NCBI GenBank assembly: GCA_002633005.1
Contig: NMRA01000184.1
Location: forward strand, 313,255-377,254
DNA: 64,000 nucleotides
Origin: Phoronis australis
Taxonomy: Eukaryota; Animalia; Phoronida
Direction of reading: 5' to 3'
Shown: piece after piece, positions 1-12,300 of the stretch
Position numbering within the stretch: position 1 is the first letter of the stretch
Layout of the letters: each line of letters opens with the position of its first letter
Made by a program: the position numbers and the translations under genes
The notes under the pieces: model-generated
The model's input: only the letters and a program-made list of their open reading frames with translations
Database searches by the model: none
Told to the model about the DNA's origin: nothing

Positions 1-1054
1 GTTGGAATGAAATGTTATAAGCAAGCAAATGCCGTGGGTTTGTTGAATAGCAATCGGACTGTAACTCGTTCAAGAAAGGTTGAAGTTGATTTGCATAAGC
101 GATGTATCTCTTTATTCCATTATCTTCTTTTGTTGTGAATATGAAGTACGTTAAAAATTGCCAATGCTTTTAAGAACTAGTTTTGTGAGCCTGCCAGGTA
201 GGTCATTGTACGTAAGGGAGTGTATGAGGATATAATGAGAAAGCGATTTCTGGGAGTGGGCTTGTATTTAAGAAAGATTGACTTTTGAGATACGTCTGAA
301 TCATGGAAGTGTTTTGCTGATTTTAAACTTTATACTTATCCACTGTTTTAATTCTTCAGATGAACTCTCAAGGTTCTTGGGGAGACCGAGCGAACAAGGA
401 TTTGAAGTTTACACAAGGAAAGTCATTTAGGCATGAAAAGACAAAAAAGAAGCGTGGTAGTTATAGAGGGGGGGCCATAGACACAAGTGTGAACTCAATC
501 AAGTTTGACTGAAGACTTGATTCGCTCATTGTAGGGTCAATCATTAAACGGAATTATTTTCTGTTGTTGGCACTTGCGACAGTCAGTTGTCAGGCTTGTG
601 GAAGATTTGGATATTTTATTGCTCGTGGCAACCTATGTCATGTGTTATAATACCAAGGCTGAATTCTGTAGAGTGAGAAAAGCAAGATCCTATTCACCTT
701 GGTGAGATCACCACGCGTTACTTGTGTTCAAAGCGTATTGTCACATTAGCTTTACTGTGTTGGGTCTACAGGACGCAGACCAGGTTAAGGGTATTTGTAA
801 ATTACTTGTAATTCAGTTTTGTCTGTACGAGATGCAGGTAGTATCAAGCCCGATGCACTGCGTACAAATTATGTGAAAAATTACTTTTCAATGAGAAGCC
901 AACATCAAGAAATACAGGATACTATGAATTTCAAACATTTTCAACGATATGTCATGATAAGTGGAAGACAAGTTGTGGTGTTGAGTTTGGAAAGTTGCTA
1001 TTATGCTGAGGGAATTATGTACGTCATCTAGTACCAGTAACATGTTGTGTAATT

Positions 1055-1060
1055 AATAAA
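1055..1060 (+). terminator. Candidate polyadenylation signal of an upstream plus-strand gene outside the window
   Basis: AATAAA followed by a T/GT-rich tract; 1-1060 is non-coding and T/G-skewed like a 3' UTR. Confidence 0.3.
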
Positions 1061-1261
1061 TCTTGTATTTTATTTTCATATGTTGTATTCACTTTATTTT
1101 TTGTCAAAAAACATCTCCTTGTCCTAGAGTGGTAACCGAGTTGTCTATGATTCATTTGGCAAGGGCAGTGCTTATGTTCAAGAGTCAATAGAAATCATCT
1201 CCAAGAACTATGTGTGCCATACCCACTTTGTGCGATCTTTAATATATTTATATTATTTATA

Positions 1262-2737
1262 TGTGGACGCATTATGCCGTCATCTCCGTCCGTTCGGGTG
1301 GCGTCCCTTTGACATATGTTCATGAAATTTGGCACATATGTTCCATTCATGAATGGGGCGGCATGAGCGAACTTTCAGACGGATTCGAATACCGGTGTGT
1401 CATCTAGCGGCAATTTTAGTTTTTACACTTACCTTTATATCTTCAAAAGTCCTGACCGGATTTTCATGAAATTTGGTGTGTAGGCACCTATTAGTGAGAT
1501 GACGCTATCCTCCCGTTTTCGGATGGATTCGACATAGTTTGCGCCACCTATTGGCCATTTTTACTGTTTTCGAGTTTTTTGCGTCCGCCCCTTTATCAAC
1601 CAAACCGCTCAAAGGATGATTGTGAAAATTGGCATGTATGACGATTTTGACTACTGTGGTGCCTCCTAGTGGCAGTTTTGTTTTTTTGCACCTATGGCTG
1701 TATCTCTTAAACCGTTCTCAAAAACGGTACGAAATTTAGTAAGTATAGTTATATGATATTAACAACGGATGACGACGACTTTTGGACAGATCCGACTACC
1801 GGTGTGCCCCCTAGTGGCAATTTTATTTTTTTTACGTTTACCTTTGTATCTTCAAAAGTCCTTAACGATTTTCATGAAATTTAATATGTAGGCACCTATT
1901 AGTGAGGTGATGCTATCCTGTTTTCAGATGGATTCGACGTAGTTTGCACACCTAGTGGCCATTTTTACTGTTTTCGAGTTTTTGTTGCGCCTATGGCTGT
2001 ATCTCCTAAACCGTTCGCAGGATCTTTACTTAATTTAGCAAGTGTATTTATATGATGTTGACTACGGGTGACTACTTTCGGACAGATCTGACTACTGCAG
2101 CTGTGCCCCCTAGTGGCAATTTTAGTTTTTATGTTTAACTAAGCATCTTCAAAGGTCCTCAACAGATTTTCATAAAATTTTAAATATAGGCATCTATTGG
2201 TGTGATGACGCTATCTTTCTGTTTTTGGGTGGAATCGAGGTATTTTGCACCACCTAGTGGCCATTTTTGCGGTTTCCAAATCTTGTTGTGGTGTCTACCG
2301 CTGTATCAACCAGATCATTTGAAAATTGGCATATATGTTCTCAGTGTGAAGATGACCTTTGATGATGGTGACTGACTACTGTGGCGCCTTCTAGTGGTAG
2401 TTTTGTTTTGCACCCATAGTTGTATCTCCTAAACTCACTGCAGGATCTTTACTAAATTTAGTAAGTGTATTTATATGAAGATAACAGATGACGACTTTCA
2501 GGCGGATCCAATGGACACTGTGCCCACTAGTGGCAATTTCATTTTATTCCGTTTTCCTTTTTTTCTCTGAAGTTCCTTGACAGATTTTTATGAAATATGG
2601 CATGTTCCCGTTTTGGGATAGATTGTATGTTTTTGCGCCACCTAGTGGCCATTTTTATGATACAAATAAACAACCCTAAGGCACACCATTTGCAATGCAT
2701 TCGTGGGCGCATTTCAAGGCTCCGCGTTGCTCTTGTA
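1262..2737. repeat. Non-autonomous element or satellite array of ~140-bp diverged monomers with higher-order structure (HINE/Helentron-like by inference)
   Basis: About 10 monomers sharing (G)YGCCMCCTAGTGGC and TTCATGAAATTT-like blocks. The 5' end has tccgtccgt; related gtggacgcat (1263) and gtgggcgcat (2703) motifs lie near the ends. Confidence 0.8.
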
Positions 2738-2813
2738 TTGTTATGATGTAGTGGACCCATGGTCTAAGGTTAAACTCTTGACAAAGATGAGTCGGTGTTT
2801 AATGATTAATAGT

Positions 2814-2819
2814 TTTATT
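2814..2819 (-). terminator. Candidate polyadenylation signal of CFAP47
   Basis: AATAAA on the minus strand about 500 nt after the stop codon, just before the repeat array. Confidence 0.45.
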
Positions 2820-3322
2820 TATAAAACAAGGTATAATAGGACAATGATTCCGAAATGGAGTAAATGCATACCTGTGTCATGCACAAACAACAATCTAATA
2901 GATCAATCAACTATAGGTAGCAGTTTCAACATCAGCCAATTGATATTTACATGGAATGCTATTTTTAACTTGCATAAAATAAGGACATCATTTTTATGAC
3001 AAATGCCCCTGTACAATGCGAACACTATTTAAAATAAATAAATGTAAAAATCAGTAGATACATTTACATTTACACTCTATACAAACACTTTGAAGCAAAC
3101 CAAACAAACATTTGCTATGTTAAAAGTTGTTGAAGTCTTATCACAAGTTGGGTTACTGATGGAGGGTTCGGAATGCTCTCTAAATTGCATAAATAAATTA
3201 CTCCCAGATTCTGCATACAGCCTACATCCAGGAAATGAAATGTCCATGCGGGCAGCATTGTGAACTCCAAGTAAGTCTGAAGGGCAGCTGCCACTAGCTG
3301 AACACTTGTGTAGAACTGAATT

Positions 3323-6300
3323 CTACACAGTTGCATTTTTTGTTCTCTGAATTACATTCGCTCCTTTGATGGGTGATGACACTGCTGTTGTCATTAACTT
3401 GAGGTTTTCTTTGACAAAGTTCGTCTTTCCCAGTCTTCTCCTTGGGTCGGGGTGTGGTCCTGCCATGGGACGAGACGACGTGCCTCGGGGTGGGGTGTAG
3501 TCTGGCAGGGTGCCGACAATTGAGTACACCCATTGCATGTCTTCAGTCTGGAAAAAGAAGATTAAATTAGTGACTTGTTAGCATCTTTTGTGAAATCAAT
3601 GGTGGATTATATTCAGAACAAAATAATTTACTAGAATGCTTTTAAACTGGAATGCGTTCAAATGCGTCTTTGATATAGAACAAAAGAGTAAACTCCAGTG
3701 GCGATTTACGTGAATCATTCAAAAGTTCCTCGTCTATTTGGCCACTGCTGAGTTCAAAACATCAAAACCTTCAACTAAATGAGTATACCCCAACAAGAGC
3801 ACGGCAGAAAATCCAATATGACAATCAGTTGCAAGGATAGATCAACAGTATTGTCAGGAACTCGCACAACAGTCTAACAGAAATGCTGCAAGCAGAGCCA
3901 ATGAAACTGAACAAGTGGCTACGGAAGCATCCTAGAAAACTATCAGTGAGATCGGGATTTTCATTACACAATTTTCATCCAGAAATCAATGGGACTTCAG
4001 ATAGAATGTTATTTTAATAAACAAAAAAATATGGAGTGGTCTTAATATTTTCAGACCAGTTATGGTTATAACTAACGTGACTGATTCTTACATGTACACA
4101 TAATTTAGCCTTGTATTCTTTGCCATAAAGTGTTGGTGTGAAGCCCAAACGAATCAATGTTCCATTGGACCCGACAGGGCCAAGCTCTCCTCTCTGAGGG
4201 GACACGGTGAACCCAGAGTCACTCCCAGCGACAAAGAAGGCATGGAAAGGAATTGGATGTCTGCAAAGAAATAGAACTTCATGACAATTCTTGTAAACTG
4301 TAGTGTAGAGTCTATTCACATTTTGCTTAAAGAATCTCAATAAAGAGCTACATGTCTGCAACAAAACGATCAATGGAGAAAAGGTTTTTGTCCATTTGTG
4401 AGAAATTTGATTACCAGCGACATCTTTGCTAGCAAAAGTGCAATCTCTGTTCAAACGTTTCAAGTCAAACTTGCAGCATAAGATAACTGCAATCCATTAT
4501 AATAGCTTGACACTTCAAAATCTACATAATTATTTCCTCGACTTTGCCACGAACCTTGTCTGACTGGTCAGCCTAAAGCCAACACTGGACTCCTTGTTTA
4601 GTCCATTTGCCTCCACTCGGATAGTGTCATCTGACTCTGGCTCTGTAGCAACAAACTTGACAGGGAAACGCCAGACACCACCAGTCACACTCTTCACTTG
4701 CAAGTGCCCCTCATAACTGGAACAGAAAAGACATGCAGTGAAGACTTTTCAATTGTTTATCGAAAATACAACATTTGGATATACAAAATAGTTAATACAT
4801 AAAATAGGACTGGTATACCATTCACACATCTTTTCATGTGCACATCGCACAATGTGATGGTCACAATGACTATTCATTTACCAGCTACTAAAATACTAAC
4901 TGGTTTTAATATAAATAACATACACTACATTTTGCTTTAACAGCTTCTTTTATTTGGGTACCGTGACACAGGTATTGCTGTAATTGAGAAGTTTGCTTGG
5001 ACCTTTATTGTGTTGCCACACGATATGTTGACTTGGCTAATGCGCAACGCATAATGCACCAGTTAGCAATACCACCTTGATCATCTAAATACTTCTAACA
5101 GTTGTGATGTGCCGTGGCTTAGGAACAGTAGAACACAACAACAACAACTAATTTATTTGCAGAACAAGACTGAGAGAAAAGTAATCAGACAAAATATCGT
5201 CCCGTCTGCTTCCGCTCAGACATCATTCAACAGGAATTTCAGGTCAACTTTGACTGAATACTTTTGGCATCTACTGTGTTATTGTTTTATGCAACACACT
5301 AATTCCCCCCATTAAGTTGACATGAAATGCATTTTTAAAACAGCTGCTGTTCAGAAACCATTGATGAGACAGCTACTTTGGACCATCCTTTTACCTGGGT
5401 CTGTTTACTAACGATTTGAAGGAGATGAATTGCAATGAAATATCACTTACGTCATCATTTGAAATGGAGCAAAGACAACGTTGAACACTAGCGACACTAA
5501 TCCAGTGACTTTATCCTTCATTTGTCGGACAAACTTAAGAGCAATGGACGACTGCAACTTTTCCTTCGCAGTGTCATCATCAAACACAAACTCGTATGTG
5601 AATTCATCTGCTAACCAGTTACCTGAAAGAGCAGACGGGAAGGAATGTTAACTTTCATCAATGGCTGTGAGATATTCACAAAATAATGGTCAATTATTTA
5701 TGAAACCATGGCTTCTTTGACATCAAATTATAATAAACATCAAAAATAAATTATGATACTGCTTCACACTGTTGCATCCTAAGTCACATACATTACAAAG
5801 AGGGAAAACAGAGTGACTAGTAATTTAGCTAAATGGGAGTCTCCTGTCTGGAGGTTTCAACAATAAATAACAAAAGAACACATAGACTCTCCAATAACAA
5901 ATTCCTGCAAGGCACTTACCCGTGCCTATAACGACACCTTCAGGCAAATCTGGAAGTTCACCGGACGGTGTGAGCGACCTCTTCAAGATAGTTCTCTTGG
6001 GACCATTAGCGCTTGGTATGACTCCTGTGAGCACGACTTCCAGACGTTCCTCTGTGCGCCCCCTGGCTTGGCACTCCAGAACAACAGTCTGTTCTGCGTG
6101 GTTACTGATCTCTGGGATGCCTTGTATTGGATAAAGCCAACGTATGTCACGAACAGACCCACTTCGAACACGCATCAGATCAGGGCTGAAACAAAATTGC
6201 AAGACAAACAGTAAATTGATAGCAAGTAATATCAATATTAGGTATCAGCCAGAAACTAAAATTTCAATTTTCTAGTAACATTTTTGTCACAGGAGACCTT

Positions 6301-9300
6301 CCTGGACCTGAGATCATAAAACTTGCCCAATCATGTTGCACAAAATTTTAAAGTTTACTCAAAATGTACGACACAGCTGGTTAACAGCTTTCAAGGTGGC
6401 AAATCTATGATTTTATGGACAGGTTTAATTATTCCTCAAGACTCCCTATGGGTAAAAGCAAAAACAAACATGCTGGTGGCATCTTTGTAGTGTTGCTGCA
6501 ACCATCTGCCCTTTGAAATTGTGGCCGGGGCTTGTTTGTGGTGTTTTAAATATGGCAGTGTTGTCACAACATTACACAAAAGCCCCCAGTCTGGTTTCAA
6601 CTCCAAATGAAGGCCAATTATGTATAGCAGTTTAAAGTGTTATTAAAACGGGTACCAGAGAACCAAAACCTAATGCATCAATTTTGGAAAAAAAAATCAA
6701 AATATGACTTTTCCAGAGGAATTCAATGTCAGAAGTCAAACAGTTCAAAAATCAACAATCAGAGTCCATGATATATCAATTTATTTTAGCATGTGTTTTA
6801 TTGCCGTGAAGTCATCGCTAATTGATCTACAGCTGCTCCCCACAAAAGAACCTTAGATCAGAGTTCCTGATAAACAAGCTTCTGTACAAATATATTGACA
6901 AAATACAACTTGCCATGAAATGGGCCGACTTTCTAATAGAATAACAAACGCCATAGATGTTATTTATTGAAAGAGGAAGTTCAAATCCCCCATCCCCACC
7001 AAGCATCTGCCACTGGGGTCTAGTATTTCAGTAATTAACAAAATTTTTGTTCTGTAACCAAGTATTAGAAAAAAGTTTTTATAATAATTTAAGATTTCAT
7101 GAATGCCTATTTTCCATTCTGCGTCTCCTATCATGTTAAATACCTAACTTAACTAAAACTATCATTTTTAAAAAATCATTTTCTGCTGTCCCTAACTCCA
7201 CTCACTGTGTGGCTGACTCTGGCAGGACATAAGGCCAGGTGGTTCCGTCTCGTTTACGGACAGTGACAATGCACAGCGCCTCGAACATTCTCATGTCATC
7301 TGGAGCAAAAGCTATCGGAATGTCAACAGTTGACTTGGGTCCAACGCGGATACTGGTGTTGTTTCTCAGTAACAGACAAAATGGTGAATCCTCCTGAGAC
7401 TCCTTGTTGCTTAGGATTCGCTCCAGCTGTTGATCATTGTCTGAAAATAATGGATACACAGGGTAAAATAGGAACCAAACAATGTTTGAAGGGTATCATT
7501 AGAATCATATTATAATGACATGCAACAATTCACCAAAAATCTACAGTATGCAAGAACTTGATTTGAAAATTTTCAGTGTTAAAAAACAAAAACTAATCGT
7601 CCACACTGAAAAGCTCAATGAAAAGCTACAGTTCATGCTTCGGTGGAAAAATACTCATGTCATCTTAGTAAGTCAAACAGGCAGAGGCTACGCATCAGTT
7701 ACGTGAAAGAAAATGGTCGACAGTTCTGAAGATTGTAGAGAGTTGTACTCTACCAATAGCCTATTAGATGCATGTGTAGATAAAACACAAAAAAATAAAA
7801 AATAGATAAGGCAACTCAGTGCTAATGCCTACTGCACATATCACAGATAGCCAATTTCTGTGCTAGTAACTCAAACAAATAATAAAATGAAATTTCATAG
7901 CAATAAAAAACTGTCTCCTGCTTTGTTTTTCGGTACATTAATTCACACGATTGCATTTTTCCAATATCTATTAATCAGCCAGTGAGAATACAAAGCACCA
8001 ATGTAACAAACACCTCTATACAATGCTCAACTTAAACTGATGAAGCAGGCAACAACACAGCAAACATCACTACATTGACAACACCTGGTGGAGGGAACAT
8101 GAACTACTCACTTAAGGATTTTTGTGAGCCGGTGGCACACGAGACGACAGCCCATGAGCATGAGGGACTGTTTGAGGACCCCACTGTAGAGAGAAGTGGA
8201 GTCAGGGTGTACAGAGATAGAACAGAGCCAGAAAGGAGAAACAGTACACAGCGTGGGACTCGTAAATGATCCAGTAAGTCTGACATTGCAACTGACCGAT
8301 GACCATGTTGGTGGTCGCAGCAGGTGCAAAAATCAATGGCTGCGGTCTTCAAACAGCATTGTCATGGAGTTTAATCATCCACATCATACTGTTTTGACTT
8401 CGGCAAAAGGATTTCATCAATAACCATGTGTTTACAGGTCCCAACAATCTGATTAATAGGAGTGCCTCGAGTATTTAGCGAATTAGTCTGAAATGAATTG
8501 CTTCTCCACTCAGAGTGCCAAGTTTGGTAGAAAGGAAGTTGTTAATAAAAAGAAAGGTTGAGCACTCAACCAATTGGTTTTGTAGCACCTCCAGAAGTCT
8601 TGCAATCTGAATGTTCAATAAACAAAGAAAGATTGCACAGATTTTTTTTCTGTCCAGCTTGTATATAGACTTTTTTGTAAAAATCAACTGCAAATATCGT
8701 CCTTTGCAACAAAAAGCTATCTACTAAAAGTTCTGCAATTACAACATTATATCGTGACAATATTAGGTTGATTTGATGTTTAGAAGGTTTGACAATAAAT
8801 AATTGAGATAAATAAGCTGAGGGTGACAGTATTAATCATCAGGGGGTTATTTGCACCAGAAAGAAATAGTGAATGAAAAAGTAAATGTGACTTTGCAAAA
8901 GTTTGTATAAACACAATTTCCAAGTTTTAAACGTTCCCTAATCCTAGTACCCACCTGTGAGTGCTACATCCACGAGCACAGCATGATCCAAGGGGTTCCT
9001 GAAGGGGATGATGAGTGTCTGGCTGGTGCCAGCAGGTGTCACTATAGTCAGCGTGTCCTGAGGCTGAGGCAGGAGGCCAGTCCCAGAGGCGAGGAAAACC
9101 CACTCACCATACTGCAACAGACAGGGTCGGTGTGGTTAGGCAACAGTCAACAAAGACAAAAAAACAGACAATGGTGCTAAATTGCAGAAAAGGTTAACCT
9201 TGCAAAAAACATTACATCGTGACAATTGTTTTTTTAAATTCATCTGGCTTCATCAAAATTATGGTGACAAATCTAGAACGAAATAAGACAAAAATGCATA

Positions 9301-12300
9301 TTCATACGTAAATCAGTAAATTTTTTGCTTTGAAATTCTCCTGATTGTCAGCGTGCAGAGATTTTGTCAATTTTTCTAAAAATACCATAATAAAAACAAC
9401 AATGGATTTAAAACAGTCTCAATAGCCAACTGACACTCCACAGGTTGTCATTGTTAGTCTAGTCTACTATTATTCCCTTGTAACTGGCTGTGTCTGTGTA
9501 TCTTTACTTGGTGTTGGGCCTAGCGAGGTGGCCACTGTTTTTTCTTCTGAGGATGGTGTTTTAAAAAATGCCGAAACATGTCAAGCCGGTTTAAATCCAT
9601 CGTGGTTTTTATTAAAAATACCATCAACAATAAAAAAATCATGAAAAATTATATTAAACCAACATAGGTCTTAAGGTGTTGCACCACAATGCCAGGTGAT
9701 TCTTTCATGTCACAGGAGGAATCTTTCCAGACAATGCATGATAAGAATACAAGAACGGTCATGTCAAGGTCACGGTGAAATGTCTAAGTGTGTAATATTT
9801 ACTAATCCAGAATATTATCTCACATAGAAGGCAAAACGAATTGAGTTATTTAATGTTGACCTGGACACAATCAAGTACTAAGTATACTGTCCAGTAAAGT
9901 GCATTAATTTTACGGCCCTAAAATTAACATTACACTATTCTATTACAGCCCTTAATTTCTCAGTACCACGCTGGACAACAATTATTAATTAGTATGCGTT
10001 TTACAGTTTGTTGAAAAGCGGTGCACTCATGGTATTAATATGCACACCAAAATTTTACCCAACTACATTTAAACATCTACGCAATACTATGCCTGAAAGC
10101 ATGTCTCCGTCAATTAGTATTTTTCTTTACAAACAACATACAATGAAACTCTGGTCCACTCTGAGTGTAAGATTACACACTACAGCAATGAGTGTAATAA
10201 AACAACTATAATGGCTTACCTCGGAGATCTAGAAAATACAAAATAAATGAAATGTTTATATATGAGAGTTTCAATTCACACTGTGATTTTTATTAAAAAA
10301 GTTAACACAAACTCAACATGGCGTGGGATTACTTGCGAGGAAAGATTTTGAGGTGAGCATTGAGCCACTACGTATGGTTAAAAACATTAAGGAACACTGT
10401 CCAGGGGCGGATCCAGGATTTTAAGTTAGGGGAGGGGGGGCCAGGGCAAGGTATTAGCCAGGATTTTGTCCGTCAGACATTCGCACCCCCAAACTGCCAA
10501 ATGGAGAGAATGTGAGAATTTTAGATGGCCCTTGGACCCCCCTAAATCCACCACTGCTGTCTTTTTGGTAAGGGTGAATTAATTTGAATATTGTGTTGTG
10601 ATCACATGTGCCTGACATACACAGCAGCGTTAACCTGCATTTAGCTATAAGGATATGACATCACTAGCAACACCAAACATGTAATCACCTCATGAGAAAC
10701 GCACAAAATGTTGTCAAACAGTTGAGTTTATAAGTCTCAATCATGGACAAAAATACCTTTTGAAAAACGATTATTTTTTTCTTGCACAGTACTTCGTTAT
10801 GTCACCACATATATTCACGCGGCTGAAGTGATGTGCTTGTTCAATGCAAACCCAAACGTGAATGGTGAAAAACATTCAGAACACCAAATCTCAGTAAATC
10901 ATCAGATTGCTGACTTACCTGTTCACAGTGGAAAGATATTTTGGCCGTGTGATCGGTTTCGCCCAGGGTTGACGGCATGAAGTTGATAACAAAATCTTTT
11001 GACTGCCGAGGAGCTAATTCGATAGGTCGGTCGTTCTCACGATCCAGAGAGAAGTTGTTGGTATTCGATATGGTTGGTATAAGCTCAAGCTTCTCATGTG
11101 TTGGGTTGTTGAGAGTTATCTTTGTTTTCGTCCATCTAGATTAAAATAAATATACAAAACGTGAAAATGCTATACATATCATGATATGAACACGTGTTCA
11201 AGAACTTTTAGAAGGCGACAAGGCTGTCACCCTAAACTTGTGCTCATGACAACCTAGCATACTAAACACGGTGATGAAACAGTCTGCGGACAGCCAGAAA
11301 TTGGCCAAAACATGGGTTTAATTTTTAACATAGTAGAATTGCACTCCACAAGACATATTGTATCACTACCTACCTTCCCAGTTCACATTCCATGTGTGGT
11401 AGGGTCGTTGGCATTGGGCTGGTGGCCTCAAGAACAAGGTCATACCAGAACTCTCCAGTCAGCTCATTGAAGAACACCAGACTGGAAGACAAAAGGTAAG
11501 GTATTTCTAAGGTAGGTCTTATGGTACACCTAAAGCTATAGACAGGTTCTCACCCACAATCAAACTAATAAAAATCAGACTGCAAGAATGGCAACAGAGA
11601 TTTGTTGCTCCATTTCCAATGTAATGTACTTCAAACCACCCACTGTAACAATCAATCAGTGAAAATGAAAACACCTAAAGCAATTCAACAATAGAAAAGA
11701 AAGTTAATATTAAATATTTGTTTAATGTTTACTAAGAACTGCATGCATGTCACCCTGTTTAGCTGGCTAAAACACAAAAATCCAATTACGGTTTTTAGTG
11801 TAGTTCACAAAATCAGTCTCCTAAGTGACAGGATTCCATTTCCAGTAACAACATACCGTAATCACCAAAAGTATCAGTGACTCAAGAGACTGCTTCAAAG
11901 TTTATCGGGGTTGGCTATAACTCTGAAGTTGCAAATTCAAAAAATAACAGTGCATGTGCACATTGCCTGTGACTTGAGTATCAAGCTCATTCAGCAACAA
12001 TTCAATCAAGGTCAAGTTGGATGAGTTGTATGGTTTTAAACTCCAAAGTGCTTCAGTTGAAAATCAAACATTTCGTTTTTAACCCGCAATACACAGCGAA
12101 ATATGCTTTTAAAATAGATGATTATGACACACTTTCTATAAATTCCTGAAACAAATTTCATCAACCGTCACCGTTCCTCACCTTCCCTGCGACTCCCCGA
12201 CTGTGGCTGGGAAGAAGGTCAAGTTGTACACACCCCTCTCCCCAGGTCCCAGACACATGACGGGCTCTCCGCTCAGCCCCGTTCCCTCCATAGAGACATC

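Noticed and set aside
5395-5400. Possible 6-nt microexon (aaacag|ACCCAG|gtaaaa)
   Set aside because: It would leave only a 50-nt upstream intron with no pyrimidine tract.
7726-7765. CTGAAGA followed by a GTAGAG/CTCTAC hairpin resembling a second hammerhead
   Set aside because: The GAAA core and cleavage triplet are missing; at most a decayed copy.
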